From the NCBI GenBank assembly GCA_036785375.1, contig JAWMAR010001182.1, positions 124,001-188,000 on the forward strand: 64,000 nt of DNA. The letters are read 5' to 3'. The stretch comes from Leucoraja ocellata (lineage: Eukaryota). The notes under the pieces are model-generated. The model was not told the DNA's origin and made no database searches. It saw only the letters and a program-made list of their open reading frames with translations. The position numbers were made by a program, and so were the translations under genes. Positions 13,697-27,101 of the stretch are shown piece after piece. The number at the start of each line of letters is the position of its first letter. The first letter of the stretch is position 1.

Positions 13697-14610
13697 TTAT
13701 TTTACACCCGGTTTTCTAGATTTTATTAAACTTACAGTTAGGGTGAAGGGGTACATGAGTACCTGGAGCAGCTGCTCTCTGAACCTCCTCTGGGTCACGG
13801 TGTAAATGAGCGTGTTTGTGCAGGTGTTCAACAGTTGTAGCAGAATTCCAGTTTGTTCAAATGTTGCAAATTGGTTCCTCAACCCCCTGACCCGAAATGC
13901 ATTAGTAATTCGATAGAAAAAGAAATATGCTACATTTGTGCCCCAGAGCACCATAAAACTGCTGGAGATTGCAAGGAGTAAAATTACGGACCGTCTGCGG
14001 TTTGCGATCTCGGGGTCCTCACTACTGAGATCGCGGAGTTTTCTGCGGACACGACTGGCCACTAAAATGCGTCTGACTGTGAGCACGTTCATCAGCATAA
14101 TTAAACAAAATGGAATGACTGGGACGAGCACGTGTTGAGTCCAGGAAAATGCTATCCAAGAGGATTGGCCATAAAACTGATATCTTATTAGGCAGCCCCA
14201 CTGTATACCCTGCTGATCCCTGAAATAATAATTGTACGCAAAGGGCCAGGGGACGTTCAGTAAACAGAAGAACGCAGTTAGGGTCACTATAACCATCAGC
14301 GCGGTTCTCTCGGTGCAGTATCTGGTTCTCAGATTCTGAGTGGAAATGGCGACAAAGCGATCAAATGTGAAAGCGACCGTGAGCCAAACAGAACAGGCAA
14401 CGGCCGCGGGAGCGAGGAACATAATGGACCTGCACACAGTATAGTGGAAGAGGAATGAGTGCGCCCAGTAAAGGTCGGCAATCCGTTGTAATATCACTTC
14501 GCAGACGATCACCAAGAGGTCCACTGTCGCCATGGCCACCAGGTACCGAGTGGTGCATTTGGAGAGACCACAATTTCTGCTGGACAGGATCACAATCGCC
14601 AACAAGTTCA
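13697..14610 (-). CDS. GPR139-like class A GPCR gene A, exon 2 (spliced product 327 aa)
   Basis: ORF 13697-14659 supplies the end of TM1 to TM7: TM1 Asn, AxxD in TM2, Cys at the top of TM3 plus ECL2 Cys (WGC), TFDRF, NTLIY. Acceptor gttttctcttttccAG at 14611-14612; the first 16 aa of the listed ORF are intronic. Confidence 0.93.
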
Positions 14611-14899
14611 CTGGAAAAGAGAAAACTGTCGTTACATGTAAGGGAAACACGATGCTCATTTGGAGGCGGGGGTCAAACTTGGGTACGCTTTGCTTATTTT
14701 TTTGAAAACAACTAGCCTACATACAAACATGGGTGCGTGCTAAGGAGCTGTGCGGATTACGTAGCAGCGGTCTACGCAGGCAACGTAAGCTGTCTCCCAG
14801 CCACACTTGTTACACCGCAGACTGCATATTGCAGCAACGTGTCCGCATCAGATGCCATCCTCCTGGACCTAAACCCTTCCTGGGAACTGCCGAGCAGCA

Positions 14900-15930
14900 A
14901 GGAGTCGAAAGTCAGATTCCCATTCCCAACACTACTCCCATCCAACCCATTGATAAGCTCCCGAGCCTAGCGATCAGCACACCAGCTTCTAATGTTCTAA
15001 TGGACGTACTTTAATCAGTGAGTAGTAGTTATAACACCACTTCCACAATAAATCTCTACAACGGTGCCGCATAAAGACGTCTCATCCGGTTCCGGGTTCT
15101 TCCTCCCATGCACTCACGACCCCGCGGCCAAATGCGGCTGTGACTGCTCCCACAAGCTCCCAGATGATGACAATCTCTATGTCAGTATCAACGAGGCCAA
15201 GGAGCAAGTTATCGATATCAGGAAATGCGGTGGAACACCGGTCAGCAACAACGGTGCTGAAGTGGAAGTGATTGAGGACGTCAAGTTCCTCGTAGTTAAT
15301 ATTACCAACGATGTTTATTGGACGACCACATCGAAGGGACAGCCAGCGGCAGACCAACACCTTTACTGGGAAGTCTGAGGAACTTTGACCTGCCTCTGAT
15401 GACTCAAACATGCTGCGGCAGATTAGCATAGAACGCATACTGTTGGGTGTATCACAGCTTGTTGTGGGGATATATGCCTTATAAAGAGTAAATTGCACAG
15501 GGTTCTGGAAGACGCCGGGTCGTTATTACGAAATAGACTCCGCACTGTTGACTGCGTTTGCACTTCACAATCCCTTGGAAACGGAAACATGTCTCACCCC
15601 GCTCATTCCTTCTACTCCCTGCACCCGTCGGGCAGAAGATGCAGAAAGCTTAAACCTCGCACCACCAGACTCCAGAACGGATTATTACCCTCTGTTGTCA
15701 GGCTTCTGAGCCGCTCTTCCATATGCGAGGGTATTGCCGTTTCACCTCTATCCCCTTGCGGACATTGGGTTTTGTGGATGTGATACGCTGCAGTGCGCTC
15801 CCAAACTGGAACTACGCTCTGCACTCTGATTTCCCCTCTTACACTACCTGTTACTGAGATTGATTTGTTTGTACTGATATTTAATAGTATTTGATCTAAT
15901 TTGGATTTCTTGCAAACCAATGCTTTTTGC
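14900..15930 (+). mobile_element. Degenerate Rex/Babar-type LINE RT/3' remnant in intron of gene A (copies about 28330-29310, 43490-45430, 61560-62500)
   Basis: Remnants resembling VNKTKELVIDFRK and NGAEVEV.EDFKFLGVNI across the copies. Confidence 0.7.
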
Positions 15931-16348
15931 AGCTCCCGGAAAGACATTACAACAATGCACCTAAACCTGAATCTGAAGAGAATTATCCTGTGACATATCC
16001 AATGAACGACGAACGATCCAGTAGCTTAACAAAGGAATATGTGACGTTTCTGGTCGAGACCCTTCTTCAGACTGATCAGTCTCGACCCGAAACGTCACCT
16101 ATTCCTTCGCTTCATAGATGCCGCTTCAACCGCTGTCTAATTCTCCAGCATTTTTGTCTAGCTTCGATTTCTCCAGCAACTGCAGTCATTTCTTACACAA
16201 ACATTTTCTAGTTAATACCGCCCTAACCTGAAGAATGCAGTCTAGCATCCCCGTGTTTCGCACACTATTTACACTTTACCTTTAACAATGTTTTTATCAA
16301 TACATCATCCCACGTCTCAGTCCCACTTACTGCGTTCCCTTCACCTAC

Positions 16349-16418
16349 CGGGTACTCCGATTGTTGCCAGAATTGGATAATAATAATATTCAACTTCCAA
16401 GTGCCGCTTCCAACCCAT
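16349..16418 (-). CDS. GPR139-like GPCR gene A, exon 1 (MGWKRHLEVEYYYYPILATIGVP)
   Basis: ATG at 16418, 70 nt, GTAGGT donor. G+TG joins in frame to VNLLAIVIL and completes TM1; 70+914=984 nt. Confidence 0.88.
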
Positions 16419-19400
16419 TTTCCTTCAAGCCGTCCGCAGTTATGCAGTGCAAAACTTATAGGAGTCAAAGTGAGAAGTCAAACAGCGCTATATTTATATT
16501 CTTAGAAAAAACTGAAGGACTGCGTGCGTTCACCTCCCCGCGGAAATGTATTGTGGACCGTTGAACAAATAGTTTGCTCCCATATCTTATCCATGTACCT
16601 GTCGCATTATGTCTTAAACGTTGCAACAGTACCTGCCTCAACTACATCCTTGAAGACTGGGTCCAAGAAGACTGAAAAAAGTGAATTTATTAAGGGGAAC
16701 AAGAAAATGGCAGACGAGTTGAACAGTTACTTTGGGAGGACACAAACAATATGTTCGCATTGATACCATTAATCTGGGGAGTCATCACTAGGGAGGACAC
16801 AAACAATTTTCCTGATGTAGTAGTGGCCAGAGGATCTGGGTTAACGAAGGAACTGAAGGAAATCCACATCAGGCATGAAATGGTGTTGGGTTGACTGAAG
16901 GGACTGATGGCTGATAAATCCCTAAGGCCTGATAGTCTGCATCCCATGGTACTTAAGTAAATGGCTTTAGAAATCGTGGTTGCATTGGTGATAATTTTCC
17001 AATGTTCTATAGATTCAGGATCAGTTCCTGTGGATTGGAGGGTAGCTAATGTTTTCCCACAGTTTAAGAAAGGCGGGAGAGATAAAACAGAGAATTATAG
17101 ACCAGTTAGCCGGACATCGGTGGTGGGGAAGATGCTGGAATCAATTATAAAAGACGAAATAGCCGCACATTTGGATCGCAGTAACAGGATCGGTCCGAGT
17201 CAGCATGGATTTACGAAGGGGAAATCACGCTTGACTAATGTTCTGGATTTTTTTTAAAGAAGGTAGTAGGGCAATGGACAAGGGTGAGCCTGTACATGTA
17301 GTGTACCTGGTCATTCATTTGTTTAGTTTTTTGTATAGTATTGTTTGTGTAATTGTATTTGTTTAGTTTACTTGAACTACACCAAACTAATGTAAACTAA
17401 CTAAACTACAACGCTGCACAAACAGGTGACCGGCAACAAGGCCATTAGTGAATGACTTTGCCAATTCAGCAAGATGGAGAAACTTAATAAGAACAGCGAG
17501 CTTTAGAGCCGCAGTTGCTCAGTTGCGCATGGTGGCTGGATTAGCGGGTATTAGATACAGTGAGAGATTGGTCATATTTGGATTTTTATCCCTCTGGAAC
17601 GTCGGAGATTGCGGGGACAACTGGTTGAGTTATGTAAACTTATGAGACCCGGTAGATTGTCAGAACTTTGATTTTCCCAGAATGGAAAAAAAATGCATCG
17701 AAGAGGGCACAGCTTTATGCTAAGAAGGGCAACATTGAAAGAAAATGTGCGGCGCAACGTTTTACACAAAGTGTGGCGAGTGTTTATAACGCGCTGCTGG
17801 TTAAGGCGGATACGATAGTAGAATGTAAAATAGTTTTGGATGGAGATATGATTCTGCAGGGAATGGAAGGATATTGATTACGCGCAGGTAGATCGGAGCT
17901 GGTCTTGGTATCGGGTCGACAGGAACATTGTGAACTAAAAATCTGTTCTTCAACTGATCCATCTAAATGCTGACCCGAGCACCATGTTTGATCGGGCTAT
18001 GCTGGCTTCACCTTGCATTAAACCTTGTTCCCTTATCATGTATCTATAATACTGCGAATGGCTAGATTACAATAATGTGTTGTCTTTCTGCTGACTGTAC
18101 AGCACGCAACAGAAGTTTTCTAATGTACCTGGCTACACGAGGCAATAAACTAAACTGAATGTTCTTTTGCTGTATGTTCTATATTCTAAGTTCCAACACA
18201 GACAGAGTCCGGACCAGGTTTAGGAAGTTTGGTATTAATTTCGCAATGGCTACAGGAAGTCCGAAGAGGTTCAGTGATTGTGAACAGTGATTGTGCCTGC
18301 TGTTAAACGAAGTATTTTATTTTCAGGCAATGGCCGAACCCTGCATGTTTGGCTTATACAGCAGAACATGCGCCGAATTTGGACCAGCTGCAATAGGGCG
18401 TAGTTTAATAAAGTACAAAATACCGCAGATACTGAACATGTACAAATGCACAGAAAATAAAATAAATCTCCAGCGGCAAGGCAGCAGTTGTAAGGCGACA
18501 AATAAGTTTAATGTTCTAGGCTATTTATTTTTCTACAAAACGGAATTCGCCAGCTGCAATCAGTAAAGTGTATTTGAATGGTGACTGAACGGAGATTGGC
18601 ATAATATTAGCAATAAAAATACATTCATGTACTGAAGAGAGAGTTCGGTCCTAATGTTAAAAAGCAGATTCGATGTAATAAGGCATTGGAGCACTGTCAT
18701 ATTCTGCAGCGTTTCTACAGTTGCACCTCTGCTGTTGCAGATACACATTGACCATGACGGGTTACCGAGGATTTATCTGACCCCAGAAGTTGCGGAACTT
18801 CTTTCAATAAAGGAACAAAAACACCAGGTTTAGTCGATATAGTCCGAGATCTATTTATTATTAACACTCAAATTATGAACACTTAGGAATGTGTTGGCCA
18901 AGTTCACCAGGTGGATATTTCTTCGTCGTTGAAGAACAGGAGCAATATGAAACAAGCAAGAGATTCTGTTTCAACAATTTTAATTATTCAAACCGAACCA
19001 AGGTGCTCTCCGATCAATTCGAATCAACCCCGCATATATTTTGACTGCGTTTTAATAGGATTTATGTTAAGAACAAAATCGTTTTTCATCTTTTGTTCTT
19101 TCTATCTAAAAAGTACTTGGAAGAATAAGGAATTGTGAAGAGGAAGCCAGAAACATATCATTATCTTTACTTCCGGTGACAACTCTTCCATCTTCTAGTT
19201 ACATTTCAGTTACAGGATACTGACTTTGAAAGGGAAACAATCTAACTTCGAGCCGTTTCTGAAGAGAGCGAATTATAAAGTGAACTATAATACATTGCTT
19301 GAGTTTCCTTAAGTTTAGTTTACAGAGTGAAAACTGTCCATTCGCTCCATCACGTCCGCGCCGACCAGCAGGTACCCGCACACAGCGTCTCTCCTGCACA

Positions 19401-20964
19401 CAGGAACAGTTACAGAGACCAATTAAACGGCAAACGTGCATGTGTCTCGAATGTGCCCAAAGCGCGGCCAAATTTGATTTAGCCGCGGCCAAACCCAGCA
19501 GTAGGCAGCCCACCGCCGACAGAGTATCACCGGCTAGGCCAGACCTAAACTGCTTATCACCTATAACTGATGACCGGCCCGGTATGACTGATTCGCCCGC
19601 TGCAGAACGGGGACGGAGGCCACGCGCCGCAGCGGTAATGTTGCTGTCCGAAACAGCCAGAGATCCGGGTTTGATCCTGACCACGGTTGTTGCCTTCACG
19701 GAGTTTGTCCGTTGTCCGCGTGACGTGTGGTCCGTTCTCCAAGAAGCGTTTTATCCTGGTCTCGAATACTCCACAGACGTGTCAGTTTGTAGTTTCGGTA
19801 AAATGGTAAAATATCTCCAGTTGCAGAATTGTGTCAGTGTGCGGGAATCGCTGATCAACGCGGACTTTGTGAGCCGATGGGCCTGGTTCCGCGCTGTATC
19901 CCTAAACGAAATATATGTGTTTATATACATATTATTGCACAAAGGTAGGAGCAGCAGTTTACAAGATGTGAATCAAGTACTGTGGTCTGGGTACTTACAT
20001 GGAAAATAGATGGCCGCAAAAATAAAAGAGTGGTGGGCATGGAACGGCCGAGGACCGGAATTGTGGACCTATTGGCATTCAGAGCTGAAGGTTTGGCTGT
20101 TGGATTCAAAGTATGGAGGGTTTGATTGTAAATAATGTTATGGAAAGATTTGTGCAGAAGTTGCCGCCAAGTCAAAAGTCACCAATCAACTCAAATCCTC
20201 ATAAATGTCTTAGCGGGCACTAACAGCAGAAATATTCCGTATTTTTCGTAATCGGTTACATTTTAATTGGAAGCATCCTCCATCATTCTCAATGTCTTCC
20301 CAACTGCGGAGTTCTACGCACGATGCACACGAGTCTGAGAATCATCCTTTCAAGCTTTTTCCTCTTGTTTTCATTCTCAACACTTTGCATCTGCAGAACT
20401 GCAGCGTCTGCGCAGGGGTAATGGATTGGGAGATAAATGCCAGACCAATTTGCTCTATGACCAATCACAAACGCGAACCTTCTAGCCTTACCGTCCCCGA
20501 CTACTAAACTCTGCTTCCTTAAACTATAATTAGATTCCCTTGCTTGTATGAACTCCATCCGCCGCCGTTGGTTGCAACTGGTGAAGAGCGAATATTTTAT
20601 GTACATTGTAAACTCATTATATTAAGCAGATTTGTAACCTGAGTACTTACATGAGCAATCGGAGATGGGTTTAGAGAAGAATAGTGTGATCAGGGAGAAG
20701 CGTCGGGGGGCGGAATAGTAGAGTTATTGCCATTCAGTTGGAGGTGTGACGGCTGGACACGATGGATGCAGAGTTTGTTAGTAAATCTAATTCAGAACAT
20801 TACTGTGGAAAGTGGAGCAATGTCACAAATGGACATTGATCCTAATGGATAACACAACTGGCGCAAGCAGCTGAAAGAAAACAAATGTTGTCCCCAAAAT
20901 ATTTTGTTATCAGTTTATATATCTATAAAAGTTTATTTCATCATTCTCCATTTTTTGCTGTTAC

Positions 20965-23555
20965 TAAACCTAGGACCGAGAGGAGAAAATCTTTTTTTAC
21001 ACAGAGAGTGGTGAATCTGTGGAATTATCTGCCACAGAAGGTAGTTGAGGCCAGTTAATTGGCTATTTTTAAGTGGGAGTTAGCTGTGACCATTGTGGCT
21101 AAAGGGACCAGTGGGTATAGAGAGAAGGCAGGTATGGGATACTGAGTTGGATGATCAGCCATGAACATATTTAATGGTGGTGCATGCTCGAAGGACCGAA
21201 TGGCCTACTGCTGCACCTATTTTCTATGTGTCTATGTTTCTGTGTTTCTAAGGTACTGGAAGAGAGACAGTGAGAAAGGGAAGGAAACATGGAATGCAAA
21301 CGTCCCCCCTCTTGAGAACAGCCTCACTCACCTAGAAGCTGTCGGGACAGAACACGTTAACACACTGATCGGCGGACTGGCTTGCGAAGCAAAAAGTGCT
21401 GTTGAGCCAAAACCAAAGAGGCCGACGTCAGGCAACGCCGTGGAAGTTGGAGACTCCATTGTGAGAGGTACGGTCAGGGGTTTCTGCAGCAACAGACGGG
21501 ATTCGAAGATGGAGCGTTGCCTCCCTGGTGCCAGGATCCAGGTTGTCACGGGCAGTGTGCAGAAACTCCTCAAGGGCGTAGGTGAACAGCCGGAAGTGGT
21601 AGTGCACGTCGGCACAAACGATGGCGGAAAGAAGGGGATGAATATTGTTTAGCGTGACTTTAGAGTGCTCGGAAAATGCTGAAAAGTAGGACCTCCAGTG
21701 TTCTTATCTCCGGTTTGCTTCCAGTTCCTCGTGCTGGCGAGAGCACGAACAGGGAGATACATGACCTGAATGTGTGGCTGAGGAACTAGTACAGGGAGGC
21801 AGTGATTTCGATTCCTAGACCCCTGGGGTCTGTTTTGGAGTTAGGGGGAACTGTACAAAAGGGACGGATTAAACCTTAACAAGTGGGCACCAGCATTCTG
21901 GCAGGCAACTTTGCCACTGCTACACAGGTGGCTTTAAACAGAATAACGGGGGCGGAGTGTCAAATGGGATAGTCAAGGACATTCTTAAAGGGAAAGAGAG
22001 TAAATGGTTAGTTAATGACCCCCAGAATTAACGGGAAAGATAGCTCACAAAGGATAGGCGACTATGGCCAAGTGTAATAGGGATCGATGGGGAAAGGTGA
22101 GATGCGGAAGGAATTAAAAGTATGTTATATGAATGCGCGAAGTATAAGTAAAATAGATGAGCTTGAGGCTCAGTGAGACGTTGGTAGATATGACGTTGTG
22201 GGGATTACTGAGGCTGCAGGAGGATCGGTCCTGGGAACTTAATTTATGCATCCTATAGAAAGAACAGGCAGGTGGGCAGAGGAGGGGGTAACTCTGCAGG
22301 TGAAGGATTGCATTCAGCCCCTTGCGAGGGAAGACATGGGGACAGACTTGGTAGAGTCACTGTGGTTTCAGTTGAAGAATTGTAAAGGCAAGAAGACACT
22401 AATTGGCGTTATCTACAGACCCCCAAATAGTAGCCCGGATGTACCGTGTAAGTTGCAGCAGGAATTAAAACTGGCATGTAACAAAGGTAATGCCACTGTG
22501 GTGATGGGGGATTTCAATATGCAGGTCGACTGGGACAATCAGGTTGGTTCAGGACCCCAAGGAAGCGAGTTTGTAGAATGCCTCCGAGATCGATTTTATA
22601 GCAGCTTCGAATGGAGCCGACCAGAGAAAAGGCAATTCTGGATTTAGTGTTGTCCAATAAACCAGATTTGATAAAGAGAACACGAGGTAAGGAACCGCTT
22701 GGAGATAGTCATCATAATATGATTCGTTTTAATCTGCAATTTGAGAAGGAGAAGGTTAAATCGCTAGTGGCAGTGATGCCGTTGAACAAAGTGGACTATG
22801 AAGGCATGAGAGAGGAGCTGGCCAAGGTAGACTGGAAAGGGATCCCAGCAGGAATGACGATGGAACAGCAATGGCAGGAATTTCTGGGCATAATCCGGAA
22901 GACGCAGGATTATTTCATTACAAAAAAGGAAGAACGATTCCAAACGGAGTAGGAGGAAACCGCGGCTGACAATAGAAGTTCAGAATTGAATGAAACTAAA
23001 AGAAAATATGTATGACACAGCAAAAAGTAGCCGGAAGCTATAGGATTGGGAAACTTTCATAGGACAACAGAAGGAAACAAAACGGCAATACGGGCTGAGA
23101 AGATGAAGTGTGAGGGGAAGCTGGCCAGGAATATCAGGAGGGACTATAAAAGCTTCTTTAGATATGTTAAGGGAAAAAGAGTAGCAATGTCAAATGTGGG
23201 TCCCTTGAAGACAGACACGGGTGAAATTATTATGGGTAATAATGAAATGGTAGAACAGTTGAACTGGTACTTCGGATCTGTCTTCACTGAAGAAGACATA
23301 AACAATCTCCCAGGTGTACTGGAGGACATATGATCTAAGGGGGTAGAGGAACTGAAATACATTTTCTTTAGGCGAGAAATAGAATTGGGTAGGCTAATAA
23401 TACGGACGGATAATAAATCCCCTGGGTCCGATGGTCTGCATCCCAGGGTCCTCAGGGAGGTGGCTCTACAAATAGTGGACGCATTGGTAATCATTGTCCA
23501 ATGTTCAATAGATTCAGGGTCAGTTCCTGCGGATGGAAGTATAGTTAATGTTATA
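20965..23555 (+). mobile_element. Degraded CR1 (ORF1 esterase + ORF2 endonuclease); duplicate of 7795-10230
   Basis: GDSIVRG and VVHVGTND; GVIYRPPNS and VVMGDFN APE motifs. Confidence 0.9.
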
Positions 23556-25250
23556 GCAACATAGACACATAGAAAATAGGTGCAGGAGTACGGCATTCGG
23601 CCCTTCGAGCCTGCACCGTAATTCAATATGATCATGGCTGATCATCCAACTCAGTATCCTGTACGTGCCTTCTCTCCATACCCCCTGATCCCTTTAGCCA
23701 CAAGAGCCACATCCAACTCCCTCTTAAATATAGCCAATGAACTGGCCTCAACTACTTTCTGTGGCAGAGAATTCCACAGATTCACCACTCTCAGTGTGAT
23801 TTCTTTTTTCTCATCTCGGTCCTAAAAGACATCACCCTTATACTTAAACTCTGACCCCTTGTTCTGGACTTCCCCAACATCGTGAACAATCTTCCTGCAT
23901 CTAACCTGTCCAACCCCTTGAGAATTGTATACGTTTCTATAAGATCCTCCCTTAATCTTCTAAATTCTAGAGAGTACAAGCCGAGTCTATCCAGTATTTG
24001 TTCATATGGAAGACCTGCCATCCCATGAATCAGTCTGGTGAACCTTTTCTGTACTACCTCCATGGCAAGAATGTATTTCCTCAGCTTTGAAGACCAAACT
24101 GTATGCAATACTCCAGGTGTGGCCTCACCAAGGCCCTGTACAACTGCAGTAGAACCTCTCTGCTCCTATGCTGAAACCCGTTTTGCTATGAATGCCAACA
24201 TACCCTTCGCTTTCTTCACTGTCTGCTGCACCTTCATGCCCACTTTCAATGACTGGTGTACCATGCCAACCAGGTCTGGTTGCATCGCCCGTTTTCCTAA
24301 TCGGCCACCATTCAGTCTACTTCCCCGTTCTTGCCAACAAAGTGGATAACCTCACATTTATCCACATTATACTGCATCGGCCATGCATTTGACCACTCAC
24401 CCAACCTATCAACGGCAGACTGCAGCCACCTAGCATCCTCCTCACAGCGAACTCTGCCCCGCAGCTTCGTGTCATCCGCAAAGTTGGAGATGTTGCATTC
24501 AATTCCCTCGTCCAAATCATTAATATGTACTGTAAATAGCTACGGTCCCAGCACTGAGTCTTGTGGTACCTCACTAGTCACTGCCAGCCATTCTGAAAAT
24601 GACCCGTTTACTCCAACACTTAGCTTAATGTCTGCCAGCCAGTTCTCTACCCACATCAATACTGAAGCCCCAATACCGTGTGATTTATGTTTGCATACTA
24701 ATCTCTTATATGGGACCTTGTCCAAAGCCTTCTGAAAGTCCAGATATAATACATCAACTGGTTCTCCCTTATCCACTCTACGAGTTACATCCTCGAAACA
24801 TTCTATAAGATTCGTCAGACATGATTTACCTTTCATAAATCCATGCTGACTGTCCAATGATTTCACCACTTTCCAAATGTGCTGCTATCCCATCTTTAAC
24901 AACTGACTCTACCATTTCCCCACTACCGATGTTAGACTAACTGGTCTGTAATTCCCCGTTTTCTCTCTCCCTCCCTTTTTAAAAAGTGGGGTTACATTTG
25001 CTACCCTCCAATCCTCAGGAACTCCTCCAGAATCTGAAGAGTTTTGAAAAATTATCACTAATGCATCCACTATTTCTGGGGCTACGTCCTTTAGCACTCT
25101 ATGTTGCAGCCTATCTGGCACTGGGGATTTAACGGCCTTTAATGCATTCAATTTACATCACACCACTTCCTGACTAACATGCATTTCACTCCGCTCCTCC
25201 ATCTTATTTGATCCCCGGTCCCCTGCTATTTCCGGCAAATTATGTATGTC
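23556..25250 (-). mobile_element. CR1 RT/3' half, degraded
   Basis: NYRPVSLTSVVGK, LDFQKA, FADDTKL. Confidence 0.9.
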
Positions 25251-26365
25251 TTCCTTATCCCACTTTTCAAGAAAGGAGCGAGAGAGAAAATGGGGAATTA
25301 CAGACCAGTTAGCCTGACTTCGGTGGTGGATAAGATGCTGGGGTCAATTAATAAAGAGGTAATACTGGGGAATTTGGATAGTACAACGATTAGTCCAAAT
25401 ATACATGGATTTATGAAAGGGAAATCACGCTTGACTAATCTTCGGGAATTTTTTGAGGTTGTGACAAGTTAAATGGTTGGAGGGGATCCATTGGATGTAG
25501 AGTATCTAGACTTTCAGAAAGCCTTTGATAAGGTGCCGCACGGGAGACTGGTGTCTAAAATTAGAGCACACGGTATTGGGGATAGGGTGTTGACATGGAT
25601 AGAAAATTGATTGGCAGACAGGAAGCAAAGAATAGGAGTGAACGGGTCATTTTCAGAATGGCAGGCAGTGGCGAGTGGAGTGCCTCAAGTCTCGGAGTTG
25701 GGGCCGCAACTTTTCACCATGTATATTAATGATTTGGAAGAGGGAATTAGGAGCAACACTACCAGGTTTGCAGATGACACAAAGCTGTGTGGCAGTGTGA
25801 ACTGTGAAGAGGATGTTAGGAGGTTGCAAGGTGACCTGGACAGGTAGAGTGAATGGGCAGTTGCGTGGCAGATGCAGTATAATATAGATAAATATGAGGT
25901 TATCCACTTTGCCGGCAAACGCAAGGGAGCAGATTATTATCTCAATGGGTTTAGGTTAGGTAACGGGGGGGGGGAGGGGGGGGGGGTGCATCGAGACCTG
26001 GGCGGCCTTGCACACCAGTCATTGAACGTTGGCGTGCAGGTACAGGAGGCAGTGAAGAAAGCTAATGGAATGTTGGCCTTCATAACAAGAGGAATTCCGT
26101 ATCGGAGTAAAGATGTTCTTCTGCAGTTGTATAGAGCTCTGGTAAGGCCATATCTGGAGTATTGTGTGCAGTTTTGGTCTCCTAAATTGAGGAATGACAT
26201 CCTTGTGATTGAGGCATTTCAGCGTAGGTTCACGAGATTGATCCGTGAGATGGCGGGAATGTCATATGAGGAAAGATTGAAAAGACTGGGTTTGTATTCA
26301 CTGGAGTTTAGACAGATGAGGGGGGTCTTATAGAAACATATACAATTATAAATGGACAAGCTAGA
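25250..26365 (+). mobile_element. CR1 RT fragment, degraded
   Basis: FADDTKL, VRPYLEYCVQFWSP. Confidence 0.9.
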
Positions 26366-27101
26366 TGGAGGTGGGGCATTAATGCAAAACGATTCAGAAT
26401 CTCTGTCTTACCACACAGGCGAACTTACTCACCTTACAGCCATCTACTGGACATTAGCTTGTGACACTCTGCTTCCATTAAAAATATAGTTAGTAACGTG
26501 AAATTGTTTGAACGGCACCCATTACCTTTGGCTGCATCTGGTGCAGAATTAAGATTTGCAATGGAAACCGAAAACCTCTGTAAGAAGCAATGAGGAATTA
26601 CATTCAGTGCGAGAAACAAATATAAAATGGAACTCTCATTAACGTAAATGTTGCAGCAAGAATTTTATGGAACACATTGGTGCACATGGGCATTTACGTA
26701 CGTAACCATGGAACGTCTCAAAGAATTGTAGGGTAATGGAGCATGCAATGTTTAGGACCATAACTCTATGTCTGTTTTCATTAAGTGCTGGTGACGTTGC
26801 CACTGGATTCAACGGAAGGTGGAGACAGTAAACGGCGAGGCTCAATTCCGGAATCATTGGAGGTCTGCTCCAGTACAACATAGCACTCGTTCCACATGGC
26901 CGCCCTTCCCACTGGGCATTTTGAACAACGCGCCCGTGTCGCGTGTTATATAGATGGCCAAATGTGCATTCCAGTGCAGGGGACGCGTTCACATTGTATT
27001 TGTAAACTATTTTTTTGAAAGTTGAGGCGCACACTTTTCAGAGAACACACCTTCATTACCTATGTTTTTCACTCACTCACGGAGGGATTAGTATTGTAAT
27101 G

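Noticed and set aside
14611-14659. N-terminus MSIVFPLHVTTVFSFP of the 320-aa ORFs (and equivalents in B-D)
   Set aside because: It is the polypyrimidine tract/acceptor; the upstream exon restores a proper TM1.
19199-20009. 236-aa and 166-aa ORFs
   Set aside because: They run through two SINEs, and the frame is not kept in the other units.
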